NCBI GenBank assembly: GCA_012295275.1
Contig: CM022674.1
Location: forward strand, 9,176,001-9,240,000
DNA from: Chrysomallon squamiferum
Lineage: Eukaryota > Animalia > Mollusca
Direction: 5' to 3'
Length of the DNA: 64,000 bases
Under the pieces are notes generated by a model. That model was not told where the DNA came from. It saw only the letters and a list, made by a program, of their open reading frames with translations, and did no database searches. A program made the translations under genes and the position numbers. Every line of letters begins with the position of its first letter. The stretch's first letter is position 1. Below are positions 1-14,204 of this stretch, in pieces.

Positions 1-2449
1 GTTAAAACATAAATGTATTTATTCCACTAATGAAATCTCTAGAAAAATTCCAAGCTTTGTTCATGGTTAATTTGTTTGAAATGAGAATAAGATAAAGATT
101 TTGTTTAATGATGTTTGTGGGAATGTCTCTAATGAGGAATATGATCACCAATGCTGGAAGGAAAATGTATTGTGAGCTCTGGTGTAGTATGCATTTGGTA
201 ATAGAAATGCTGTAAAGTCTTTAATTTTTAATCAAATAAATATTTGTAATTGGATAGAAATGACTATTTTAATACTTAATAAAAACATATAATAAACACA
301 CTGAGATGTGCATGTACCAGTGCTTCTCAGTATGGGTGAAAATAAGGGTGGGGTCTGAATACACTAAAGATTTATAAAAGCTTACAACTTGATTGTTGAA
401 TTCACTATCACTTTATTTCTATGTATTATATTTAACCTACAGAATATCAACTTTCAAAATTATTTGAATAAATCTACACAAAGTATAATGTTCAGCAGCA
501 CTTGCATACACTAAATTTCCAATCCATGTATCAAAATGCATGCTGTCTATAAAACCAAATGTTTAGAGAAATAATTCTATTTAATTATAAATAAAAAGTT
601 ACTGATACATTTTCATATATTTAATTTTTTTTTAACATCTCAGGATTAAAATGACTTGAGAGATGTATGTATTAGAAAAAGTCCTAACAGGGTAAGTATT
701 ACAATATTAATTTTGTTTAACATAACAATAAATTAATTCAGCATTAGAAAATTAGCAAATAAACTCAAAAGAATGAGGATGACAGAAATACTGACAATGA
801 AGTTTTTACAATTTTTCTTGGTACTGTCTGTTGGTGAAAAATAAAAACTTGAGCTATCAATTCATATTAAACATATCCTAAGAAGTGTTATAGCTGCTGG
901 AGACAGATAATGAAGATGACTAAGAAAAAATGATTTTCTTGTTTTGCTGAAGCCAAAAAGATCAAGCCTGAGGGCAAATTATTTTTATATCTCATCACGA
1001 AAACAAATTAAAAAATATCACAACCTCAGGTTTAGATTTATTCTGTGAGCTCGGATTGGTGATCAGATTATACTAATCCTGTAACCTATCATTAATATAA
1101 AAAATTTCTAATCACTGATAAAGGATAATTTAAAAAAAACCTGTAGGTAATTAAAAAAAAATAATAATAATAATAAATCCTTGAAATTACTCAAATTTTA
1201 TTCAACATGAGCAATTAAAAAAGTGATTAATTTCTTTCTTTAATTATTTTTTTAAAATGCATTTACTTTTTTTAACTTGTAATGATTCTTTTTCTTGTAA
1301 AACATATTATTAGGAATTGTTATATCAAGCATACAGAAAAGTCATTACAGTGCTTATTCTTTCTTTTTAAAATACTAACTGCATAATTTTTTCTTCTAAA
1401 AAAATTTAAAAATCAATTCTTTTAAATGTATTTGTATATTTTTAATTTGTGGTGTGGGTGGCTGCTTATAATTATGTTTTATGTTTATATTCATAGTGGG
1501 TGTATATAAATGTATATTGTTTATGTTATGTTCCAGTGTTTGTTCTATACAAACATAACAGTTTGTGATTACTTTTTATCATTTATTTTCTAGACATAAA
1601 CATTAAACCATATAATTTACAATCTGTCATTGAAATGTTGTTTCTCTGAGTATTTAATAAGTTATAAAATTTTCAACAGTAAATATTAGAAACAACCCGA
1701 GAAAACTTGGATAGAGAGATAAAAGAAAAATTATTATACATTTTTTAATAAGCTGCAATATTTATAAAACACTTTTAAATTTTAAAAATGTTTTATAATT
1801 ATTATTTTAAATAATTATTTATTACTGCATATATATTATCACAAATATCACCTCTAAATTATTTTTTGTTAAAGCAGTAGTCAGTACCTTTTTTAAAATT
1901 ATTATTTGTACATGCATTTTATGAAATTTCATTTTAGTCTCTCATTACAATCAGTTTGAAGCAGGAACTTATCAAGAACATGCTCTGGATGCATGTTGAT
2001 TGCTAACATTAATGTGGCCTTTTTTATATCACATCTTCATTTTGTAGAAAACCCCACAAAGCCACTTCCTGCATTTTGCCAAAAACGTGCGAATAATATG
2101 CATTAAAAACTAACAAGCTGTAGATAATTGTCTTTACTAGGTGAAAGAAATGAGAATAATCATTCTGTTGAAGTTTTGAAAAAAAAAACCTGTTAACAGT
2201 AACAAATATTATTATTGTTTATTTTAATCATAGGTCCACATTTCAAATTAAAATTGCAGTCAATCAAAATAGTTTCCCTTACATGGTTCAGACATGCTAT
2301 GTTTACAAGAATCCTATAAAGTATATCATAAAGTATATCAAAATTCTCATTTATTTAATTCTTAAAAGTATGGTCATTACATTAAATAGAAAAAGGTTTT
2401 GTTCTTTTCCAAGTAATAACTTCTTTTATTTAAAAGGGCCTAAAGAAAA

Positions 2450-3110
2450 CGCAACATCACTGCACTTGTTACAAACAAGAACTGACAACAATGCTATAGA
2501 TTCAACATCACTGCTCACATGAGATTATTGAATTAGTGTCACTAATCACATTACAGATTACAAACTCAACATCACTACTAACATTACAATCTATAGCCTC
2601 AACATCACTATTCACAGTGCAGATTATAGACTCAACATTACTATTCATATTACAGACTATATATAGACTCAACATTATTATTCTATTTACAGACTGTAAT
2701 CTCATCATCACTGCTCATTTTATAAACTATAGTCTTAACATCACTGTTCACATTACAGACTACAGACTCAATGTCACTACTCTCCTTACAGATGATAGAC
2801 TCAGTGGCACTGCTCACATTACAGTTTAAAGAGTCAGTGTCACTACTGTCATTGCAAACTATAAACTCAATGTCACTACTCATATTAGTCTATATACTCA
2901 GTGTCACTACCATCAATTTGAACTATATATTTAGAGTCACTACTCACATTACAGATTATAGTCTAAACATCATTAATGTCTTTACAGATCATAGACTTAA
3001 AATCACTACTCACATTACAGACTGTAGATTCAACATCTCTTATCATGTTATAGATTAAAGACTCAACAACACTACTAAATTTTAGACAATAGGTTTTTAC
3101 CATCATTACT
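2450..3110. repeat. Degenerate 33-bp minisatellite (approx. tagactcaacatcactactcacattacagacta)
   Basis: The repeating unit is visible directly and produces 11-aa-periodic spurious ORFs on both strands. Confidence 0.9.
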
Positions 3111-6100
3111 AGCTAGTAATAACTGTTTAACTGGAATAACTTACATCATTGTCTATTAAAACTTTCCTATATAACTGCTGACATTCAGAAGAACCACAGT
3201 ACAGTATTTTGTATGAGACAGATATGAAATGTCAGTATCTGTTCTGCTCTGTGTCATCACTTTACTGTCTTTATAATACAGTTAAAAATGCATTTTAGTA
3301 AAAGGTTATCAGTAATATTTTAAAAGATAATCTTGGAGCATGAATAATTTAAAATGAGTTTTTTAAACCTTTGCTAAGAAAAACTGCTTCGGTAAATAAA
3401 TTATATTTATTTTCAAAATTCTTTTTCTCTTTAGTATTTTTTTTCTTTTCTTTTTTATCCAAGTTCCTGTCAGAACATAATGTAACAAATAAAATAAAAG
3501 GTTTCTTCTTTTTCATTTTTTGCAATGTTATCTTTAAATTCTCATTTACCTTCTGTCTTCAGTTATTACATAAAAACATTAATTCTAAACTAAGTAACTA
3601 ACTAAATAAATCTATTAAGAAAAGGAACAATCAATATTTAAGAAAATATATAAGTAAGTAAACATTATTGTTTAATATTTTACTTTTACCAAATTTTCAT
3701 CCAGTTTCAGATATTGTTCTTGAAAGGCAATTTTGAAAAACAGTCACTCCTTTTCATAACATTTTAAGATGTAAACAGCAACAAGTTGTAGACACTAGCT
3801 CTCAATGTGCTAAATAATCTCTTGTACCCACTATCATTTCATTGGCAGATCTCCTTCAAGTGGTACTGTGGGATACAACAGATAAAAAAAACAGAAATAA
3901 AGAGCACAGGGTTCATGGCACAGCAACATGTAATATGAAGAAGAGAGGGAGTTTACTATGCAGGCAGTAACAAATGCTCCCAGCTAAATCTTCAAAGAAT
4001 ACTAATTGCATTATTTTATGACAATAACTATGATAGCTTTAAGGAAAAGAAGTGGGGTTAGAGACCACAAATAACCTCTGTGGTTTAATAATGAGTGAGA
4101 CTTTTAATGTTTGACTGACACATGATTACTACTCAGTATTCATACACTAAAACTCACTTTTCTCTCCATTGTATCTACACACTTAACTAGCAAGGTAGTT
4201 ATTATTATTACCATTAGAAAGGAAATGTTATCTATATATATATATAGGTAGATAGGTATTTATTCAATATTAATAATAATAATAATATATGAAAACAATA
4301 ATTTTTATTTTAAATGAAATAAAATAATGGCTTGAAAAAAAAACATTTAATAAAAACAAAACCACAAAGATTTTTTTTTTTTTTTTTCTTTTAGTTTAAA
4401 TAAAAGAAAAAAAAGAAGAAAAGAATAATAATAAAATTAATAAAATAAAAAAAGAGACAAAAATAAAAAAATAAACCACATACTAAAGAGAATAAAAAAG
4501 TTAATATTTTTTACTGAATTACCTTTAAAAACCCAATTAACCTGCAAATCCTACAAAAAGTGTTCCTAAGACAGTTCTTGATTCCACAACAACTCATTCT
4601 CCATCTCAAAGTCAAGTATTTTTAAAATGGAGAGTTCATAAAAAAAATAAAAGTTAATTTAATGGGCAGAAAAATTCATGTCTTTTGTTAGATCTTCTAT
4701 TATAATGCATATCTCAATGACCAATTATATTTAAGTGTTAGTGCACCAGTCCCTAAGATATCTGTATGTACCACCCTGACCCACTTGAGTGAGAGAATTG
4801 CCCAATATGTTTCAGTATCTTGGGTGGACTAGCTCCTTAACTAACATACTGTGGATAAAGTCTCATTGAGAGCCCTTACATGACATACGTTGTGCAGCAA
4901 GATGCACGTGCTGCATGTTCTGCTTCCTGTCATCTGACAAACTATTATCTAGCCAACAATGCATGAATGTCCAAAAAAATTTCAGATGAAGATTCTTACA
5001 GAAAAAGAATTCTTAATAGGATTACAGCTATTAATATATTAATATTGATCAGAAATGAGATGAATATTATAATATAAACCAAAAATCTGTTAATATTAAA
5101 AATAATAATATTTATATTTTATGAAGTTTAACTAGTAATTCTTAATAATTTGGTGTGGATGTGGGTACATGTTTGTAGTGTTGTGAATGGATATTTATAT
5201 TTATGTTTGGGAGCTGCTTACTGATGGTCACATTAACTGAACAGTCATTCAAATGACTGAATTTTAAAAAGTAAAATGCAAAGATGGGTAAATACTAAAC
5301 TGAAAAGATAGAAGACAAAGTTTCTCCCTTTGTAATAGTAAAATTACTTCAGTTTTGTTTATAGTAAATATCAAAATTAGTAAATGTGTACATCAAATTT
5401 ATAATGATTTTAATTTCTACATTTATTATTGAATAGTGGGGCAATTCATTTTATATGCTTTAAAGAAATCTTTTAGCATTTCATTGTTTTCACATCTCAG
5501 TAACTACAAATGAAGGTCACCTTTCAGATGAAAAACACAACATTTCGTGTGAGATGAATTTGTTCTTTAAAAAAAAAGATAAAAAGAAAAAACAGAAGAA
5601 GAGAATTTGATCTCACGCAATATGTGAATTTATCAAAAACTGATTTAAATTTTTGACTCAGGAGTAATTAAAAAATATTGTCATACATAATTTAACATTT
5701 TATTCTTTAGCAATTTAAAACATTATACTAATGCTCATTTTATCATTAGTATTTTTACTAATTTTCAAAATATGAAATTATATATTGTAGTTTTTGGAAA
5801 CACTAATATTAGATAATTAAATGATTTTATTCGAGATTATTGCTAAAGGTAGTTCTGAAACAGTCTAAATAATTGTCTAAAGGTTATTACAGTCATACCT
5901 ACCTCAAAATAATAGACAAGAAACTTCATTCATTTTATAAATTATAACGGCACAATGTAATAAATTTGTAATTTAAAATTAATTTATATTAATTAAATAT
6001 TTAGAATTATTTTCATAAACGGTAAGAAAGAAAGAAAAAAGTTTAAAATTAATAATTCTTAGCAATTTTTGATAATACTTAAAATTATTTAATAATACAT

Positions 6101-6354
6101 TTTGAATTTATAAATAAAAATAAAATAAAATAATATTTATATATACTACTGCTACCACTGATAATAATAATAAATGAATATAAAAACTAGAAATACCTTC
6201 TGTACTGAAAATACTTCAATAAAAATATTTATGAATTTGTTTTTTCATTTAGCCAAAAACACAAAACAAAATTTAGAAATTCTGGTTATTCTATGTTACA
6301 AAAAATGCATTTCTGTTTTTGTTTTACCTTTTTGGAATTTTAAATGAGTTATTT

Positions 6355-6360
<6 letters not shown>

Positions 6361-6405
<45 letters not shown>
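6361..6405. repeat. (GT)n microsatellite
   Basis: Perfect GT run; similar runs at about 32848-32878 and 36964-36994. Confidence 0.95.
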
Positions 6406-6407
<2 letters not shown>

Positions 6408-8018
6408 ATTATTTAAATAATTATTTTTGTAAATCCTGGTTTCTCAAATATTTACAACATAGATACAACATTTTTATAATTTGTTAATAAATATAATATT
6501 ATTTTTGTTTTTATTTATTGTTGTTTTACTGCACTTGTTATGGTAATATTATTATTATTATTAAATTGTTATTATTATAATCATTACTGTTTTTAACAAA
6601 ATCTGCTCTTGTTTTTATTGCTTTGCACTTGTTTTTGCTGTTACATCTTTTATTTTATTATTGGGTTTTTTCCTGTTATTATTTTTGTTATTTTTAAAAA
6701 CACTGACACAGCCTCTGTTTGTTTTGCAGTGTTAATAATGTAGTATTTATTTAGAAATGTCTGCAGAAATGGATTACATCAAAGTGTTATCATTTTGTGT
6801 ATGTCAGAAATAAAATGTTTCACTCAGGTGTAAGTGGCACGATTTCTCTTTCACTGATAAATGAAAGTCTAATTTTGTTGAAAACTTGAAATTTTACATA
6901 CGGTTTGAGATTGAAACGACAAAACTTGCTATCACTTGTGTGTTTACCCGTCGATTATTTTACCATCTGTGAGTTGCAAGTTGGAGTTAATTGATGGCAT
7001 ATTCCCTGCCTGCGTGGCCTGCTTGTCAGCTGTACAACTGCCGACGTCAGTTATAGAGTCTCATAACTATCAGCACTCAAACCTAAGACAGGGTTTGAAA
7101 TATCAACCTTCACAAAATACCTGCACCCGATAAAAGGTAAAGTCTGGCAAACTGACTAATATTTTTTAAAGTTAAAAATATTGTTCATTACACAATATAC
7201 CTTTATCTACAAAGCCCAACTGAAACTTAGAAAAGCTGTCTAAAATTAAAAAATATAGCTTCTAAAAAACACACACACACACACTTCCTTGAAGTAAAAA
7301 ATAAATAAATAAAAGATATATATATTTCTTAAAAATATCTTATTATTGTTAGTGAAACTATTATACAAACAAAATAACAACAATAACAATAAATGAAGAA
7401 AAAAACAGATATAGGGAAATATTTGCTGAAGAAAAACATCACCTGATTAATAAAATAAAATAAAGGAAAGATGTTTATGTCAAATAAAAAAATAAAAAAT
7501 AACATTATTATCCAAATCCACTTTTAAATCAAAGTCAAATGCAGTTATGTGTATATATATATATATATATATATACATACAACAGTAATTCAAATTAAAT
7601 ATATCAATTCATTTTGATAAAATCAAATATAAAGAAAAGATATGTTCCAAAACTTCATTATGATTCAAATAATTAAAATTAGTTTGTATTAATCTGTCAA
7701 CTGAATAAAAGGTTCCTAGGGATCTACAAACAATTAAGTTAAAATTGTATAATACTAACAGCAGAATTTCTGTTAATGATCAGCAATGTTTTAAAAATAC
7801 ATTTAAATATTATTACTATGAGCTCAAACAAATAATCACAGATGTTGATTTGACAGTAAATGAAAACAGCAAACACAGTATAAATATACAGTGCTACATA
7901 CTTGACATTTTAAAGATAGAAAAACCACGTTTTTTGATAGGCTTGTAAGGTAATACATTTTCACAAACAGTTCTAAGCGAATTTGTACTTGCTTACATAA
8001 CTGAGTTTTTACTTAATT

Positions 8019-8053
<35 letters not shown>

Positions 8054-8930
8054 TAACCAAAATAGTTTAAACAGTTAAAACAACTATTGTTAACTGCAGA
8101 AAAGATATGCATTGTGATATGAGCTCTGAAATTGAGGTTCAGACATGACTGAGTTTTCTAAATACATTTTTTATCAATAATAAAATAAATAAACAAACAA
8201 AAAATACAAATAAATAAATAATAAAGAAGAAAATAAGTTGGATGTAGAAAAATGATCATTACAATATTTTTCAATATAGCTTTCATCAAAATTTCTGTAT
8301 AAAATTGTCTTGGAAATCAAATTCTGTTCTGTATGCACTTCTCTAACATCATATAAAAATTTATTAATATCCTTATTTGTAAATGGATTTTTCTGGTATT
8401 ATATTGTGTTTATCTATTTTAAAATGTCTACTTGTTGTAGTGACCTAAGCCTAGATGGTCATGGAATAGAAGGCACATAACAAGAATCTCTGATGCTGGT
8501 CATTCAGAAGAATGTATAGCTAATATTTTAAGAGATTTGTTTTTAATTCCTTCAAGTACTCAGTAACATTCTACAGTCCTCTAACTTATCAAAAGACATC
8601 TTGCTAAATATGCATTGGGAATATATTATGAGCAAAATATTAGCACTGTTCTTCATTTTAATGTATCAGGTATTCACATTCTTTATATTGTTTTATTAAT
8701 TCAGCCTCTAAAGTTAAAATCATGACCCAGGGTAGAATAAGAAAATAGACAGAGAGAGAGAGAGAGAAAAAAAAAAAAAACATAATAAAATTTTGCTTGT
8801 GCATGAATGATAATTAAATACTAAATATCAATGGTCTATCTTAATTCCTTATGTTTGTATAATCATTAAGACAACTATAATACAAGAAATTAAAAAAAGA
8901 AAACAAAAAGAATAATAAATTCATAAATCA

Positions 8931-8971
<41 letters not shown>

Positions 8972-9805
8972 CAACAGTTATGTGACAACATTAAGTGAGA
9001 GATGAAAAGATAATTTATGGGCTTACAGGAGAAAAATGTAGGATTTGTCATTTCAGAGAATTATATCAAGCTACAAGTTAATGTGGCTAAATTTCATAAT
9101 GCCTTTGTATTGAAGAAAAAAGCATCACTTTAAATTAAATTAAAAATCAGTTTCCGTTCTTTTTGTTTAATAAAAAAATGAAAAGTTTAAAAACACCAAT
9201 AGTGTGAGATAATTACAGTTCTGTATGACAATGTAAGAGAAACAATAATTGCTGGCAATGATGCAATAATCAGTTTTGTTGTCCGGAAACGAAGAAAATT
9301 TTAATATCTTTTGGGACTTTAAGTACAAGATTAGAAAAATTGTGAACATCCCTAAATACCAATAACGGCCCAAAATTAAAATCTCAAACTTAAAACAATT
9401 CTGACATTCCAAAGTGCACATGCAAATCATCATGCACCTAAAGCAATAATTCCACACACACCCCCAACTGCAAACTTTGACATCCACACCCTAAAAACTA
9501 TAACGTTGGGAAAACAGTTCATGTCTAAACGGAAATGTAGACATCTTTTGGGAAATGTTGACATGTGGGATATTTGACATGGCTGTGGCAAATGCTGGTA
9601 AGAACAGTGAAATACAATTGCCTAACAAAATCTGGCAGTAAACAAAGAACATCCAAAGTGAGACAAATTGTATTTTTACAATAACATTACCACATTCAAA
9701 GCATAGCAGATATATAGGATCAATATTCAAGCATTCCTTTTTTTCAAAACTATCTTGATTTTCAAGACTAATTTTATTTTTCAAATTCAATCAGCCATTG
9801 TAATG

Positions 9806-9820
9806 AGGTCAGGCTGACCA
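9806..9820. promoter_or_regulatory. Estrogen-response-element-type palindrome (IR3)
   Basis: AGGTCAggcTGACCA contains the perfect core GGTCAnnnTGACC; motif match only. Confidence 0.4.
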
Positions 9821-10969
9821 GCGATCACTGTCAGATTACATGAGTTTACCCGCAAACAAACTACAAATATTATAATAACAGCATCAACACTTGACATTTT
9901 GAGCTCATTTCAGTTCAGTCATCTTTATTCATTCACACAAGGAAAAAATCCTAAACTTTTTGAGTGCTAGAAGTTGGTTAGAGGCAATCGAAGCAGTAAT
10001 TTCATAGAGTGACTAATAAAGATAATTTATGTTCCATTAACATTAGCTAAGCAGCCACCTGCATTATGAAGTCTCTAAATATAGTTACCTGTTCAAGTGT
10101 GTGTCTGAAATATGTGACTGCAATATATTGCAAGTTATTTATTTGAAAATTTAGTAAATCAATAAAGAATAAGTTTGACTTTTTTATGAAAATCAGGGTT
10201 AAAGTATTTTTCATTATTTTCATTATTCAGTGATTACCAACAATGATGGAGGAATATATATATTACAAAGTATATCATGAGTTATTTTTACATAAGCCAT
10301 CAAAATGTAAAAAGGGATTTAGTTTTTTTGTATAAAGTTACAATGGAATATATAAACACATTATATTCAGATCTTATCAGCTGAACTAACAAAAGAGACA
10401 CTATAATTTGAGGAAATGACAGCATAAATGCAAATACTATTCTATTTCAATTAGTAATGAGGCCAAATCACAATACTATTAAAAGACCATATATTTGAGA
10501 ATTAATAAATAAAAAGTTAGAAAAGTTTTATTCGATGGAAATTATTATTATTTTTTTTTGCCTGTTTAGTATCAAAATATATAAAATAATAATTAAGAAA
10601 ATAAAGAAATATTTTTAAAAATTCCTGAATGACAGTGTAAACTCTGATATATGGGTGTATATAAATAATTATTTTATCAAAGTAATTTGATTGCCATGTT
10701 AAAAAACAGGCATTCATCAGGGTTCTTTCATCAAGCATATGCAGAAACAGATATCAACTTCCAACTTAAGTAGTCTTCACATTTAAGGATTTAAAATTTG
10801 TTGTTATCATAAAAAAATATTAAGCATTAAGCAGTCATAACAAAATATTGTCAGTCTAATATTACTATTCCATTGTTTATTGGCATACTTTTAATTTTTA
10901 ATTGTTTATAATTGAACAATAACATCAAATTAAAATTTTAGAATTTTAAAAGTTAGATATTTCTTCTTC

Positions 10970-11250
10970 AGTAACTATTACTAAACTGTAATGTACTATA
11001 CTTTGACATCTACTTCTGGCATTATTGTGAACTATGCTTCAAAATCTACCTGCTAAAACTATTACTAAAATTGTAATGTACTATAAATCATCATGAATTA
11101 CTGGCATTATCGTATACTATATTCTGTACATACAATTAATATTGTGATGTCAATATACTACATGTACCACTGACATTGTGTATTTCAAAACCATCAATAT
11201 AGTATACAATACTTCAATAAACCATACATTAATACTGTAATGTAATATGT
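10970..11250. repeat. Degenerate tandem repeat (aatactgtaatgtactata-like motif)
   Basis: Recurrent actattactaaa(c)tgtaatgtactata / ctggcattat blocks. Confidence 0.6.
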
Positions 11251-11403
11251 ATTAAAAGTATTGCCTATAATCTTCCAAAATCGGTTGAGAAGCTGCAGTG
11301 AGTATACCAATGACATCAGCCCAGCTTTTTGAACTACATCGCTTTTATTTGTCATTTATCCATCCACACAACCATTCCATTGATACATCTGTAATTCATG
11401 AGG
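11226..11403 (+). repeat. Left arm of a 178-bp inverted repeat (partner 12555-12732)
   Basis: Reverse complement of 12555-12732, with 5 mismatches counted by eye and no indels. Confidence 0.95.
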
Positions 11404-11985
11404 GAAAAAATCAACAACAACAAAAAATATAAATGAAAATAAATTTATCATTAATTATCTGACATTATTATGTACTAAACTTCAGAATCTCAGACTGACC
11501 ATCATTTAGTATGAATGTACATTGTAACTGACTACATTTCAATATTTGTTGCATTACCTCCTAGATCTTGCTGTCTAATGCAAGGGTAAGGTGAGAATAA
11601 TCATTTCATAGACAATATATCACTTTTGTTAAGTGATGGTTTAAAATATTTATAAAAATATCTGATAATAAATGGTTTATGTGAGCCAACTTTTGTTTCT
11701 TTTTGTTTACTGCAATAATTAGTAACTTCTTAATATTAGTAACATAAAATTAAACATATCTGTCTGCTTCAAACAGCAGTGTGGTTGTCTGTGCTGGTTA
11801 TCCTGGCAATGGTGCCACTGAGGTCAGTGATTGACAGATCTGTGATCATAAAACACAACTAAAAATCATTTGTGCTGACATTTACTCTGCAAAACATCTG
11901 ACTTTTTTTCCCATCCCACTGAAAACAACCACAAAGAACTGTATCCATAAATAAAAAGTGTCCAATTTCTTTCTGTAACCTGCTT

Positions 11986-12049
11986 CATAAACAACAGACC
12001 AATAGAAATCAAAGACACATAAACAAGAGACCAATAGAAATCAAAGACA
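11986..12049 (+). repeat. 32-bp tandem duplication
   Basis: cataaacaa(c/g)agaccaatagaaatcaaagaca twice, one mismatch. Confidence 0.9.
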
Positions 12050-12554
12050 TATAAATCATATCTCTGTCAAATTTAATGTTACAAAAGTGTCTTATTTATT
12101 GCTGAGATCCTAATTATTTGCATTAAAAAACACCAATTGGAGATGATCTTTTGTCAACTTCATCATTTAAAAAAATATCAAGACTGGGGTTAAAAAAACT
12201 AATTGCTTAATCAAGCACAAGTGCAGGTATTTTTTTTTTAGACATAAATCTTTTGTTAATATTTAAGAGTAATTTTATGTTCTCTAAGTAATCAACTAAA
12301 ATGCAATCTGACTGATTCATTACATTTAAATGAAAGTGATAAATAGTTTCTTTCTAATTAAGAAAATGTCAAAGTTTTATGTATATAAAGGATGTCATTA
12401 ATGGTCGACACCTGGTGATCTTTTGTCAGACAGTTATAAAGTGTTTGCTATGTTGATTTTTGTGGTAAATACTTGTTATTCATAATGATATCTTTTCACA
12501 GATAATTAATGATAATTTTATTTTAATTTATATTTTTTGTTCTTCTTCTTCTTT

Positions 12555-12732
12555 CCTCATGAATTACAGATGTTTCAATGGAATGGTTGTATGGATGGAT
12601 AAATGACAAATAAAAGCGATGTAGTTCAAAAAGCTGGGCTGATGTCATTGGTATACTCACTGCAGCTTCTCAACCCATTTTGGAAGATTACAGGCAATAC
12701 TTTTAACACATATTACATTACAGTATTAATGT
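12555..12732 (-). repeat. Right arm of a 178-bp inverted repeat (partner 11226-11403)
   Basis: cctcatgaattacagatg...cagtattaatgt is the reverse complement of the left arm. Confidence 0.95.
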
Positions 12733-14161
12733 GTGATTCTGTTAGGGTGATTAGAACCCATTAACTTTCAATCTGATAAGTAGATTTTTTCAATAAATCT
12801 CTATAATAAGTTAACCTGTATCTTAAGGTGAAGGTCGTTTCTCAGTAGGTGGAATTCACTAACTACCAAATTAAGTGAAGTGATGAGTCTGTGGCATTTG
12901 AAATCTGATAATATTTTTTAATTCCATGTTAGGAAATGGGGTTATGTTCATCTAACTTGAACTCAATTTAATTCCGGAAAGAGACAGTGTACCAAAAAGA
13001 CAGTTGGTTAATTTTGAAAAAATACTCCAGTTGGTTTAAATCAATAAGAAGCCTGAATCTGAAACACAGGCTGTAGTCACAATCCTCCCTGATCTGCATT
13101 CCAAGAAGAATTTCTTGTTTTGTAACAATGCTGTAATTTATTTAATTTAACAATACATGGGATAATAACATAGTGGTCAACCTAATGTAATAGAATAATT
13201 TGTTACTGCAGTATCATGCATCATCAAAACAGTTTATTGATTTAGACTTCTACCTTATATAGTCTCTCTTTCATTCTCATCCCACCCACACTCATCAGCA
13301 GTAATAGTAGTTTGATCAATGAGTCATGCGGGTGGAAATGAAAGAAAATGTGTAGCACAATTTATCTTGCAAAAATGATCATTCTGAAGTAAGTTATTCA
13401 GGTAACAGTACTGGATTAATTAACTGCCTATTTTTTTTTTTTAAACTTAGAATTTTTATTAAATGTGAATTTTGGTTATATGAATTATAATAAGTCAAGT
13501 GATAATAAAATGAATTTATTTGGTTTTGGTTTAGTGAAAACCATAAAGAGAGATACTTGTGAATAAACATATGTTGATGATACTCATTACTATTTCATTA
13601 CAAATAAATGGTTATCAGAGTAAATTCAAAAACAAACTCTATGATCCAGCAAGAACAAAATATTCTTTTTTTCCAAACAATTTTCTGATTATCTCTTGAA
13701 CCTTTTCAAAAGCTTATTCTTATTACTGAACAATGAATAACTGCGCTTATTATTACAATGATAAACAGAATTGAGTAACTGCTAAAACAGAAAACAATCA
13801 TTCAATATTCCCCCATACCCCCCCAAAAAATACCAAAACCCCCCACACACACACAAAAAATGTATTTTTAATATTTAATTGTTCGGTAACATGTACAAAC
13901 GTGTGGTTCAATTACAGTATTTCTAAAGATGAATTTTGATGAAACATTTATCATACAAAAACTCAGGACATGACCAAAAATTTGTATCACATCAGTCTTC
14001 AATATTTTTCTCTAATTGGAAGCAGAGTTCTTGTTACCATGAGAAACAATTTCCTTAACTGCTGTTGACATTATATAAGTTCAGTGAGTGCTGAAGTCAG
14101 AAGCAACACCAATATTCCATGTTCAATGATCCAGTAATCTTTACCCATGTCAATTAAATAC

Positions 14162-14164
<3 letters not shown>

Positions 14165-14202
<38 letters not shown>
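14165..14202 (+). repeat. Poly(A) tract
   Basis: About 38 consecutive A. Confidence 0.95.

Positions 14203-14204
<2 letters not shown>

Noticed and set aside
2283-3058. Overlapping ORFs with 11-aa periodicity
   Set aside because: By-product of a 33-bp minisatellite; open on both strands and broken by stops.
9167-9790. Two minus-strand ORFs of about 100 aa
   Set aside because: Non-ATG starts, composition typical of AT-rich non-coding DNA, and no recognisable domain or splice framework.
11226-12732. MITE or foldback transposon interpretation of the inverted repeat
   Set aside because: No TSD or recognisable terminal motif, and one arm merges into a local tandem repeat; kept as a local inverted duplication.
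14140-14202. Retroposon poly(A) tail
   Set aside because: No TSD or SINE/LINE body recognised, and long A/T runs are common throughout the window.
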